Source of the DNA: a virus
Taxonomy: Duplodnaviria > Caudoviricetes
DNA length: 38,526 bases
Virus record (IMG/VR): IMGVR_UViG_3300022930_000016
Location: 1 to 38,526 of that record
Reading direction: 5' to 3' (one strand)
Of this stretch, positions 16,154 to 24,465 are shown piece after piece; position 1 is the stretch's first letter, and every line of letters begins with the position of its first letter. The position numbers were made by a program, and so were the translations under genes. The notes beneath the pieces were generated by a model. The model saw nothing but the letters and a program-made list of their open reading frames with translations, was not told where the DNA came from and did not search any database.

Positions 16154-18018
16154 GATAAAGATAACGATCCCCCTAATCTGTTGTTTCTGTCTAAAGTATT
16201 ATTCAAAACTCCTAAAAGCGATGTTCCTGATATTTCAAAAACTACGGTTCCTCCGTTTGATGATGAACCACTAGAAAAGCTACTTGATGAAGCAGGAGAA
16301 CTATAAGATGCTCCAGTGCTTAATCCTCCGGAAGAACCTCCACTACTCATAGACCCCCCTAATCCTTTTACACTGCCTTTTACTGCACTCCCTAACGCGA
16401 CTAATGCGGCACCTGCCGCGATAGCCACATATGGATTAAGGGTTTTTAAAGAAGTTTGTATTGCTAGTATTCCTATACCGGTAGTTATTGCCATTTTTCC
16501 TAATTCTGAAAGAACTCCACCAAGTGTAGACAAAAGAGATCTTCCGACAGCGGTAATTACATTTCCTCCAGTAGTAAAAGCCTCTCCTAAAGCGTCAGCA
16601 AGACCCGATAACGTATCTACTATTCCGTTATTTATAATATCGCTCATGCTTTTATTAAACTTTTGGAGTACCTCTAAGGATTTCAAACTTGCTACATTAA
16701 AATAACTTGGAATATTTTTAAGGCTTGTGGATATAACGCCTTCTGCTCCCTCTACGTTTTTCGATATTTTAACCACCATGCCAGACAACGAAACCAATCC
16801 ATCAAGCCCGGTCTGAGTTATGGAAACATCCAACCCGTTAACCTGTGGAGTATCGTATGTTTTTTTAGAAGCTTTTTCTTTTTGAGTCTCTAATTTTATA
16901 AACCCGGCATAATTTTTCTCCAAGCTGTCAGTTAGCCTGTCTTGATCTTGTACATTTTTTTTCAATTCTCCTCCAAGACCCTGAAGCGTTTGAGAATATT
17001 TAAATGCGGCCAAAGCTGTTTTTTCCGCTTTAGTCAAACTATTTGCTCTCCCTTCAGTAAGTTCTTTTTCAAGATCAATTTCGCCTCTTAGTTGCTTATT
17101 TAAAATAACAGCCGCATCAAACGCTTCTTGCTTCGTTAATCTGTATTGTTTGAATTGAGAAGCAATAGCATTATTTATGTTGTTTTGTATTTTTTCTTCT
17201 TCCTCTGCAAGTTTTACGATCCTGTCTGTTAATGCCGTTGCTTTTGCTTTAGCTATTAAAGCCTGTGTAACGCCTCTTACTGCGTTTGCAACATTTCCAT
17301 TAAGTATTTGTTCTTGTGTTAGATTGCCAAAATAAGCAGGGTATTCATCTTGTAATTTTTTAACTGCTAATAACCTGTCACTCATAGATAGATTTATGTT
17401 TTTAGCCACTGAAACATAAGCCCCCAGAGAGGATATTTGAGCCTGTGAATTTTTAACAGTTTCAACAGATAATTCCTGCATAGCTCTACGTGCTTCGTCA
17501 AAATTACCGCTTAGCTTATTAAAAACATCACCCACTGTCAATCCCTTTTGACTCATATATGTAAGCCCTGAAGTAACTAAAGAAACAGCCAGAAGCAAGC
17601 CTCCTGTACCTAATAAAGATGAAGCTACAGCTTTAAACGCTTCTTTAGCACTTCCGGTTTCTTTAACCAAGTAACTAAATGATTCCGCTGTAGCGGTTAT
17701 ATTATTTCCAATACCCATTATACCAAACGGCGCATCTTGAGCAATACGTGAAAACTGCATAAGCGCATTGCTTCCATTCGCTACTTTAGGAGTTAAATCT
17801 TTTTGAAACGATGCTCCTGTATCCTTAGCTGTTTGTTTTAGGTCGTTAAGATATTTTTTAGCATCTTTTATCTGAGAGTTTATTTCTTTGGTATCTAAGC
17901 CTAATTTTATTTGAATAGCTTTTTCGTTCGCAAGTTGTTGAATATCTGATTCAACCTCGTCGAATTTCTTCTGCCATTCTTTTATGTCGGCTCCAATTCC
18001 TATTTCAAGATTTGCCAT
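16150..18018 (-). CDS. Tape measure protein
   Basis: Ala/Gly-rich helical protein, RIAQDAPFGIMGIGNNI, follows the tail chaperones. Confidence 0.85.
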   Translation of the reverse strand: MANLEIGIGADIKEWQKKFDEVESDIQQLANEKAIQIKLGLDTKEINSQIKDAKKYLNDLKQTAKDTGASFQKDLTPKVANGSNALMQFSRIAQDAPFGIMGIGNNITATAESFSYLVKETGSAKEAFKAVASSLLGTGGLLLAVSLVTSGLTYMSQKGLTVGDVFNKLSGNFDEARRAMQELSVETVKNSQAQISSLGAYVSVAKNINLSMSDRLLAVKKLQDEYPAYFGNLTQEQILNGNVANAVRGVTQALIAKAKATALTDRIVKLAEEEEKIQNNINNAIASQFKQYRLTKQEAFDAAVILNKQLRGEIDLEKELTEGRANSLTKAEKTALAAFKYSQTLQGLGGELKKNVQDQDRLTDSLEKNYAGFIKLETQKEKASKKTYDTPQVNGLDVSITQTGLDGLVSLSGMVVKISKNVEGAEGVISTSLKNIPSYFNVASLKSLEVLQKFNKSMSDIINNGIVDTLSGLADALGEAFTTGGNVITAVGRSLLSTLGGVLSELGKMAITTGIGILAIQTSLKTLNPYVAIAAGAALVALGSAVKGSVKGLGGSMSSGGSSGGLSTGASYSSPASSSSFSSGSSSNGGTVVFEISGTSLLGVLNNTLDRNNRLGGSLSLS

Positions 18019-18681
18019 AATTATTAGTTTGTTTTAAATATTCCTGCATAGCCTCTAAATATCTTTTTTTATGAGATTCTGATATTACATTTTGCTTTTT
18101 ATCTAAATCCAGACTCATAAACTGATTCATTGATTTTGGTAGTTTCTTAGGGTTTTGATGCGATCCGGTTAAAGCATACCACGCTAATATACGAACTTTT
18201 TCCCATTCTCTATCTTGTACTCTTTTCCATGCAAATAGGCGAATCTGAAACTCTGCAAATGACATGTCATAAACACGTTTCAATGTAGTAATTCCAAGTT
18301 CGCCTATTGCAAATGAAACAACGTCTTTTTGAAAATCTATTTTGTAGTTTTCTTCACTTTTTTTTTATCTTCTGGCTTAGGTACATCTTTTGATAATGAT
18401 TCTAAGAACGCTTTTGTGAAATCCTGAACAAACTGACCTAAAATGCCCCCGTTTTCATCTATCATGTCATTTATGTCGTACATATCAAATTCAACAGATT
18501 CTTTTTTTCTTTGAACCGAATAAAGTCGTGAATAATAAATAAGGTTTTGAAAAACAGATATGTTTCCTGACTCCATTTTATCTCCTATTTCAGCCAATTC
18601 AAGACCCGTGTTTTCAGTTAACAAAATCAAAAAACCAATACCAAAATGAAATTCCTTATCTAATAAAATTATCTTATTCAT
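18005..18681 (-). CDS. Tail assembly chaperone long form via -1 frameshift (~225 aa)
   Basis: A9 slippery run at 18366-18358; the -1 frame is open and continues into ORF 18005-18283. Confidence 0.75.
18337..18681 (-). CDS. Tail assembly chaperone (short form)
   Basis: Position between major tail and tape measure genes; Lys-rich end. Confidence 0.8.
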   Translation of the reverse strand: MNKIILLDKEFHFGIGFLILLTENTGLELAEIGDKMESGNISVFQNLIYYSRLYSVQRKKESVEFDMYDINDMIDENGGILGQFVQDFTKAFLESLSKDVPKPEDKKKVKKTTK

Positions 18682-18684
18682 AAA

Positions 18685-19134
18685 TTATACGCTTGGAGCT
18701 AATGGATCAGTTGTTGAAATACCGCCAGAACCATTAATAGTTAAAGAAAACGTTGCAAATTCATCACCTGCCGGAGCTTCTAACCCTAAAGAAGTTAAGA
18801 TTCCGTTTCCGTAATAGATTAATCCAGTAGTCCCTGAATCCATTTTCCAGTTTACTTTTACTTTAGATTGCTGAACTTCTAACAAATAATCGTGTGAAGC
18901 TTTTGTATCATCGCCACCAACAGAAGTAGTGTCGATTGCAATTGCGTCAGCTGTCAATGTATAAGAGAATGTTCCTGCTTGTGTTTCAGTAACTCCAGGA
19001 GCACATTTAGTTTGAGCTTCAATAACCCCTAACTCAGTATCTAAACTGTTAGATGTTAAACATGCAACAGGACGGTACAAAGCACCATCGTTAACGTAAA
19101 GAATAAGGCCTTCGCCTTTGATTTTATCGGCCAT
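18685..19134 (-). CDS. Major tail tube protein
   Basis: Tube-protein pattern (VACLTSNSL...YYGNGILTSL...ATFSLTINGSG) and synteny. Confidence 0.85.
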   Translation of the reverse strand: MADKIKGEGLILYVNDGALYRPVACLTSNSLDTELGVIEAQTKCAPGVTETQAGTFSYTLTADAIAIDTTSVGGDDTKASHDYLLEVQQSKVKVNWKMDSGTTGLIYYGNGILTSLGLEAPAGDEFATFSLTINGSGGISTTDPLAPSV

Positions 19135-19141
19135 GTTGTTT

Positions 19142-19570
19142 TTATTTTAATGTTAAATTTAATCTTAAGAATGATCTGTAAATATTATCAGTATCAGTAA
19201 CCGTTTCCAATGATGTTTCGTAAGTGATTTTTTGCGTAACATTTGTAAATCCTTGTATTGTTAATTTAGGATTTAAAACATCCATAACCGCCTGCTCAAT
19301 ATCATTTAATAACGCTCTGCTTCCCGTATTTCCTGCGCTTGAATAACGGGTGTAAATTTCAATTAATAAGGAAGCCTCCCATTCATATTCACATTTAGTA
19401 TTTTTCAATACATCTTTGTCTTGCGCAGTCATTAAAATGTATTCCGTTAAATTTGCATTACCTGTCAGGCGACTATCAAAAGTTTTAATAGTTTTCCCAT
19501 GAACCACAATATTGTTTGTAGCGTCATAAACAGCTTTTCTAATAAATTTATCAGGATTAACATTTACCAT
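19142..19570 (-). CDS. Tail terminator/completion protein
   Basis: Position immediately before the tail tube; size. Confidence 0.7.
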   Translation of the reverse strand: MVNVNPDKFIRKAVYDATNNIVVHGKTIKTFDSRLTGNANLTEYILMTAQDKDVLKNTKCEYEWEASLLIEIYTRYSSAGNTGSRALLNDIEQAVMDVLNPKLTIQGFTNVTQKITYETSLETVTDTDNIYRSFLRLNLTLK

Positions 19571-19574
19571 GTTG

Positions 19575-19582
19575 TAAAAGTA
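19575..19582 (-). promoter_or_regulatory. -7-like element 4 nt before ATG
   Basis: TACTTTTA-N4-ATG. Confidence 0.4.
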
Positions 19583-20098
19583 CTAAATTTTCTTATTCAA
19601 ACGCTTTAAAACGTTTTCTAAATTTTTTTTATAATCTTTTTTTCCTTTAACATATGCCGGATATAAAAAAGGTTGTGGATTTACTCCCGCTCCCAATATC
19701 TTGGCTAATATCACATAAGCAAACTTTTCATCTATTCCTTTTGATCTGCACCATACTTTTATCGACTCCAAACCTTGTTTGTAACTACCTTGTTTTTTAC
19801 CTTTAAAAGACTTTGCCATTTCTGCAAATTCAGCAGGAACTTTTACTTTTGCTCCCGTTCCAAATTCCATGTAAGCACCATAAAATTCATTAACTGTTAC
19901 CTTTCTATGTAATGGCTCTGGTTTGCTGTGAGAAATGCTCTGAGCTAATTTACCAAAATTCTTAGGCGCGTTCTTTTTAGCGTCTCCTTCAATCTGTACA
20001 GCAATGGCTTCAGTCTCAAGCTCTATCAGTTTTTCTGCTTGCTTTCCGAACTTCTGCAATTCATTAAGGGTCTTGGCAACACCTTTTATATTAGCCAT
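19583..20098 (-). CDS. HK97 gp10-like neck/tail-completion protein
   Basis: AKKNAP..FGKLAQSI, YGAYMEFGT, PQPFLYPA; start set at ATG 20098. Confidence 0.85.
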   Translation of the reverse strand: MANIKGVAKTLNELQKFGKQAEKLIELETEAIAVQIEGDAKKNAPKNFGKLAQSISHSKPEPLHRKVTVNEFYGAYMEFGTGAKVKVPAEFAEMAKSFKGKKQGSYKQGLESIKVWCRSKGIDEKFAYVILAKILGAGVNPQPFLYPAYVKGKKDYKKNLENVLKRLNKKI

Positions 20099-20414
20099 TA
20101 GCAATAATATTTAATTCCCTGAATAATTCATCATTGTAACGAATATCATTTACAACACGGTTAACTCCTTTGTATTCTATTGTTAAGTTGTCTATATTAT
20201 CAGGTGTTATTTTAGGCGTAGCACGAATATTAAACGACCAGTTATCTTTAATATCTGATTTGCCTATGCTATAATCACGATAAGCAGAATTCTGCTTTAA
20301 TTCAGCCCAAAATGAGCCTATTAAAACTTCTTCTACAGTATTACCACCATAACCATCAGGAATGTTAGTTGTACTGTAAATCTTAATTCTTTTATCGTAT
20401 TGTCTTGCTAGCAT
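20091..20414 (-). CDS. Head closure (head-tail joining) protein
   Basis: YDKRIKI...DGYGG...WAE, SPP1 gp16-like; start set at ATG 20414. Confidence 0.8.
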   Translation of the reverse strand: MLARQYDKRIKIYSTTNIPDGYGGNTVEEVLIGSFWAELKQNSAYRDYSIGKSDIKDNWSFNIRATPKITPDNIDNLTIEYKGVNRVVNDIRYNDELFRELNIIANG

Positions 20415-20620
20415 GGTAATTTTTCTATTTCCTCTTTTACTTTTTCGTACCAATCAATAATAGCAACACCAGATCTTCCAAAATCCTCTTTAATAGCTGT
20501 TATTATTAAATCAACTGATTCAGAAGCGCATGTTTTTGCACATCCAACATCGTGAATATAGCTATGTAGGTTTAAAAAAGTACCTACCATTTCATGTGCT
20601 TTCTCTCTAGGTGTTTCCAT
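20408..20620 (-). CDS. Small protein inserted in the neck module; paralog of 34264-34533
   Basis: Shared EKA.E...AK.CA...VD.I...Y.KVK.E pattern. Confidence 0.65.
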   Translation of the reverse strand: METPREKAHEMVGTFLNLHSYIHDVGCAKTCASESVDLIITAIKEDFGRSGVAIIDWYEKVKEEIEKLPC

Positions 20621-20623
20621 AAT

Positions 20624-21079
20624 TTATATAAATCTTTTTTCAACGTCCAAAGCTTCAGTTACACTAATCGGTATCATTTGACTATTAACTTGTTTCTCGC
20701 TTTCGTAGTACCAAATTTTAATCATCTGTAAAGCCGATTGAATAAAAATGTCTGGAACTTCTTCCGGAGTTTCATATCCTACATTTAAAGTAACCGTTTT
20801 GTTATCTGGATAAATAGTGTACATTGTGCGTGTTAAACTCCATGGTGCCGGATCTGTTGGAGCGACAACTGAGTTAATCGGATAATCATATACTTTTACC
20901 TGACAACTACCATTATAAACAATATCACGTGCATACATAAAATGCCTTGTTCTTTGTTCAACGTATCTTAATGACGCATTAATCATTGAAGTTATTTCCG
21001 TATCATCCTCTGTTAAATCAGGATCTATACGTAAATAGTTTTTAGCTCTTGCAAGTGGTATAACTGATATGTATGACAT
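20624..21079 (-). CDS. Head-tail connector (gp6/gp15-like adaptor)
   Basis: LARAKNYLRID...DD..I..MI.A...VE; VPDIFIQSALQMIKIWY. Confidence 0.9.
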   Translation of the reverse strand: MSYISVIPLARAKNYLRIDPDLTEDDTEITSMINASLRYVEQRTRHFMYARDIVYNGSCQVKVYDYPINSVVAPTDPAPWSLTRTMYTIYPDNKTVTLNVGYETPEEVPDIFIQSALQMIKIWYYESEKQVNSQMIPISVTEALDVEKRFI

Positions 21080-21318
21080 TATAAATCTTTATTTAGATTC
21101 TTAATATGTTTGTCGTGAGCTTCCGGAGTTGACACGCTTGAAACACCGTCTTTTCGTTGTTTAGGCAGTTTTTTACTTTTTGGTTCTTTATATTCTGTTT
21201 TGCTTACAGGTTTAACGCCAACGCCTACACGCAATAAATAACCGCCTCTTTGCTCTGTTACTTCAATAGTGTCTCCTGCCGTATGGTCTAAATGATCTTT
21301 TAATAATTTGATTTTCAT
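21079..21318 (-). CDS. Small head-module protein with ribosomal L9-N-like domain and basic tail
   Basis: MKIKLLKDH...GDTIEV..RG.YLLRVG resembles the L9 N-domain pattern. Confidence 0.65.
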   Translation of the reverse strand: MKIKLLKDHLDHTAGDTIEVTEQRGGYLLRVGVGVKPVSKTEYKEPKSKKLPKQRKDGVSSVSTPEAHDKHIKNLNKDL

Positions 21319-21338
21319 AACTATTAGTTTTATAGTTT

Positions 21339-21346
21339 CAAAGATA
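21339..21346 (-). promoter_or_regulatory. -7 element restarting minus-strand transcription after the moron
   Basis: TATCTTTG upstream of ATG 21318. Confidence 0.6.
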
Positions 21347-21358
21347 ATAAAAATATTG

Positions 21359-21390
21359 TTGCGTATTTAAAAAATGTTTTTGTATATTTG
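21359..21390 (+). promoter_or_regulatory. Plus-strand promoter of the moron
   Basis: TATATTTG at 21383-21390 with an upstream TTG. Confidence 0.7.
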
Positions 21391-21417
21391 TCATTCGCTA
21401 CAACTAAAAACATAAAT

Positions 21418-21460
21418 AAAACGTCATTCTTTGTAGCGAGGGGTGGCGTTTTTATTATTT
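21418..21460 (+). terminator. Leader terminator/attenuator hairpin
   Basis: 14-bp stem with 4 G-U pairs, loop TGTAGCG, followed by a U-rich tract. Confidence 0.6.
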
Positions 21461-21474
21461 AAATACATTATATT

Positions 21475-21816
21475 ATGAACAATTATGAAATTACGCACAA
21501 AGGAATTAAATATAAAGCAAAAGGGGAAAAACTAATGAAGACCATGATGTATTGGTGCTTTCAAAATGATATAGATTTAGATGAAGTAGAATCATGCGTT
21601 TTGGTAAAGACTACAAACAGATTTAGTAAGTTAAAAATAAAACATAGCTTTATATCTGATTTAGTTTTAGATTGTAAAAGAAGTTCAGGAGCTCCGTTTT
21701 CTACCATAACAGGGCATTCTTTAAGAATTGATTTTGTTTCTAAAAATAGCGGTGATGCAGACACCGAAATCAGCGACTTGTTTAGCAGGCTTTCTGAAAT
21801 GCAAGCTAATAAATAA
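21475..21816 (+). CDS. Moron protein of unknown function (113 aa)
   Basis: Own promoter and A-rich start context. Confidence 0.65.
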   Translation: MNNYEITHKGIKYKAKGEKLMKTMMYWCFQNDIDLDEVESCVLVKTTNRFSKLKIKHSFISDLVLDCKRSSGAPFSTITGHSLRIDFVSKNSGDADTEISDLFSRLSEMQANK

Positions 21817-21846
21817 ACAAAAAGCCTGTACTGATCTACAGGCTTT
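21817..21846 (-). terminator. Hairpin, probably terminating minus-strand (glycosyltransferase) transcripts
   Basis: AAAGCCTGTA-CTGATC-TACAGGCTTT, perfect 10-bp stem; T-run on the minus strand. Confidence 0.65.
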
Positions 21847-21860
21847 AAAAAAATCATATT

Positions 21861-22064
21861 ATGAAAACAAATGACTTTATAAATGCCAATATCGGTAAAA
21901 TGGTTAAAATATATGATGGTGCATTAGGGTTTTCTTATAAACACTTAATGTATCCGCCCAGTCCATTACTTCTAATTGGGTTATCAAAAAGAGGTTTAGC
22001 TCACGTTAAAGATGCTTTTCATAATGATTACTATATCAAACCAAGTGCTTTTCGCCTATGGTAG
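21861..22064 (+). CDS. Moron protein of unknown function (67 aa, SH3/KOW-like beta pattern)
   Basis: ORF with A-rich start; 3' end overlaps the GT 3' end convergently. Confidence 0.55.
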   Translation: MKTNDFINANIGKMVKIYDGALGFSYKHLMYPPSPLLLIGLSKRGLAHVKDAFHNDYYIKPSAFRLW

Positions 22065-23166
22065 GATTGTAGATAACAGCCAACCTTCTTTCAATAGCCG
22101 ATAAAGCACGTTCTTTTGGCAAATCTACAATTTCATCTATTTTGTATTTTTGTACGACTGCTGTAATCTTTACAGTCATTACATTTTCTTTATACCATTC
22201 TAAGCATGAATCAAAAAAGCTTATCCAATGTTCTTCTTTGCCTAATTCATCAAACTCAGGTACTTTTAAATCTCTGAGTAAAATATCATCAAACGGAATA
22301 TTATCCATTTCAAACGGTACAGTATAGCCGTTAACACCGTTCGTAATTTGCTCTTTTCCGGATGCAAAAGGCGTAATTATACAAGGGGTTTTAACTTGCA
22401 TTGCTTCGTAAACCGAGTATGCAAATCCCTCCGTATCTGATAACTGAACTAAATAATCAGCTTTGTTAATTTCTTTGTGGGGTTCGGTTGTGATTCCTTT
22501 GAAATGTATGTTAGGACAATTAACAAACTGTTTCATTAAAGTAATAGCGTATTGGCTCGATGTATCGCCCCAAACATTCCAAACGTAATCAATGCCTTTT
22601 GCGTCCAACTGCCTGGCTAATTGCTTCATACGATTAAATCCTTTTTCACCAGATAAACGAGAACACGTAATTAGCGTTAACACTTTGTTTTTAGGCTTTT
22701 TAGCGTACTTAATTGTATTGTCTAATAGATTATATATAATTGCCTCGCTTTTCAATTTAGTAACGTGTTCGAAGCCGATTTTAACCGTTTCACCAACGCA
22801 AACATGGTGCGTTACCAATCCGTTAGGTTTGTAATTAAATGCCCATCCGTCTATAATATGTCTATAGTCGGCATGAACCATTTGTATATAACATTTAGCT
22901 TTAATAGCATCAAATGCGCTCTTGCCCCATGCTGAGCTTGAAATAAATAAATCGAATGAATATGTTTGCTTAAAATTAACCTTTACAACCTCACAATATT
23001 CTTTCATTTCATCAACTAATGATTGGTTTGCAACATTATCATAAAGTAAAGTAACATTGTAGTAAACCGACATTCTTTTACAAAAGTTCTTTGTCATTGT
23101 CTCAACTCCGCCTAACAAATTCCAGTTACTTAAATAAATTCCGATAGTTTCTTTTCGTTTTTCCAT
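22036..23166 (-). CDS. GT-B fold glycosyltransferase (GT4-like) with C-terminal L9-N-like domain
   Basis: GGVET, SRLSGEKG, EGFAYSVYEAM (E-x7-E), PCIIT...NGVNG. Confidence 0.9.
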   Translation of the reverse strand: MEKRKETIGIYLSNWNLLGGVETMTKNFCKRMSVYYNVTLLYDNVANQSLVDEMKEYCEVVKVNFKQTYSFDLFISSSAWGKSAFDAIKAKCYIQMVHADYRHIIDGWAFNYKPNGLVTHHVCVGETVKIGFEHVTKLKSEAIIYNLLDNTIKYAKKPKNKVLTLITCSRLSGEKGFNRMKQLARQLDAKGIDYVWNVWGDTSSQYAITLMKQFVNCPNIHFKGITTEPHKEINKADYLVQLSDTEGFAYSVYEAMQVKTPCIITPFASGKEQITNGVNGYTVPFEMDNIPFDDILLRDLKVPEFDELGKEEHWISFFDSCLEWYKENVMTVKITAVVQKYKIDEIVDLPKERALSAIERRLAVIYNPTIGEKHLV

Positions 23167-23170
23167 AAAG

Positions 23171-23178
23171 TAAATTTA
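23171..23178 (-). promoter_or_regulatory. -7-like element 4 nt before the GT ATG
   Basis: TAAATTTA-N4-ATG, directly after the capsid terminator. Confidence 0.45.
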
Positions 23179-23180
23179 AT

Positions 23181-23211
23181 AAAAAACCTCCAATCTTTCG
23201 AAAGGAGGTTT
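23181..23211 (-). terminator. Terminator after the major capsid gene
   Basis: AAACCTCC...GGAGGTTTTTT on the minus strand. Confidence 0.8.
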
Positions 23212-23232
23212 AATTTTATAATTCAATTCCGA

Positions 23233-24462
23233 CTATACAGACGGCGTGGCAAGTGAACCTTTTACAATAGCATCATCATTGAAGATTACCAAAGTAATTC
23301 TTTCCTCGATTCTAAACATCACTTTGTTTTGTTTAGCCAATGTAGAATCTTCAAACATTCTTAATTCTGGATTCAAACGATTAACTAACAAAGTAGCAGT
23401 TCTATCGAAAGCTAAGAAGTTATCGGCTCCTAATTGAGTAGTAGTAGCGATATTTAATCCTGCAACTCTTAACCTTCCGTTTTCGAAAGCAACAGTTCCT
23501 GGAGGAAGATCATATTCTCCAGATCCTTCAGCTTTGTTCAATCCTATTTTAACACCGTCACGAACATTTAAAATAGCTGTGTTTCCTTGATAGAACTCGA
23601 AAGTATCTTCCGGGATCTGACCATATGCCGCATCTACAATTTTATCAACTGCGGCAGTAAAAGTTCCATCGTAAGCCGTTGCAACATCAATAAGCCCTTG
23701 TACAGGGTTTGAATCGGCAGTACCATTCAAAATGAAGTTGTTTTCTGCTACTTTAAGGCTGATTAGCATTTTAGATTGTAGGTAGCTTAATAACCAATCG
23801 ATATCATCTAGCATGTCACGGTCAACAATTACGTAACCCGCAATCCATTTAACATAAGCAGTTTGCGTAGTTAAATCAAAATCCATTTGTGGCTTGTTCC
23901 CAGAACCTACAACCCATGTAGACGCTCCACCTTCTCCACCGTTTTCTTTTGGATAAATTATTGAGCTTTTTGTTGTGTTACCTTGTGGCAAGTAATCCGA
24001 AAGCCAAACTCTATCATAAGGATTTACAATCAATGCGTTGCGCACGTCTTGAGTAAATGGTGTTGATCCAGGAAAGTTAGCAGCGATGCTCATGTCTCCA
24101 ACTGCTTTAAATTCCATTGCTAAATCAGGAGCGTTTTTCTTGAAGTTTTGGATAGCTTCTTTATTCTCCATGATAACGTCAGCCAAATACTCATTGAAAG
24201 TTTTAGTTTCAGTATTTTTGTCTCCATTAGCTTGTTTTAAACGAATGTCCAATTTATCCAAGTGATCCTGCATAGCAAGTGATTTCTTTTGGAAATCAGC
24301 TTTTACAGCTTCAATTTCGGCATCAATCTTTTCAGATTGTCCTTTATATTTAATCTCTACTTGTTCTATTGCGTTTTGCAAATCAACTTTCGATTTTTCT
24401 TCAAATTTTAACGTAAGGTCTGCTTTTAAACCTTCTAATTCCGTTTTGATATCTAATTCCAT
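23233..24462 (-). CDS. Major capsid protein, HK97 fold with N-terminal coiled-coil scaffold domain
   Basis: Coiled-coil N-terminus; KPQMDFD...IAGYVIVDRDMLDD; ILNGT; NKVMFRIEERI. Confidence 0.95.
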   Translation of the reverse strand: MELDIKTELEGLKADLTLKFEEKSKVDLQNAIEQVEIKYKGQSEKIDAEIEAVKADFQKKSLAMQDHLDKLDIRLKQANGDKNTETKTFNEYLADVIMENKEAIQNFKKNAPDLAMEFKAVGDMSIAANFPGSTPFTQDVRNALIVNPYDRVWLSDYLPQGNTTKSSIIYPKENGGEGGASTWVVGSGNKPQMDFDLTTQTAYVKWIAGYVIVDRDMLDDIDWLLSYLQSKMLISLKVAENNFILNGTADSNPVQGLIDVATAYDGTFTAAVDKIVDAAYGQIPEDTFEFYQGNTAILNVRDGVKIGLNKAEGSGEYDLPPGTVAFENGRLRVAGLNIATTTQLGADNFLAFDRTATLLVNRLNPELRMFEDSTLAKQNKVMFRIEERITLVIFNDDAIVKGSLATPSV

Positions 24463-24465
24463 TTT

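Noticed and set aside
16250-16360. Ser/Gly-rich low-complexity stretch in the tape measure gene
   Set aside because: Ordinary flexible linker near the TMP C-terminus; no DNA-level periodicity
21079-21318. Phage-encoded ribosomal protein L9
   Set aside because: Only a loose N-domain pattern, without the GYARN motif or the C-terminal domain
21561-21857. Minus-strand 98-aa ORF
   Set aside because: Shadow of the plus-strand 113-aa gene, which has the promoter; it also spans a terminator hairpin
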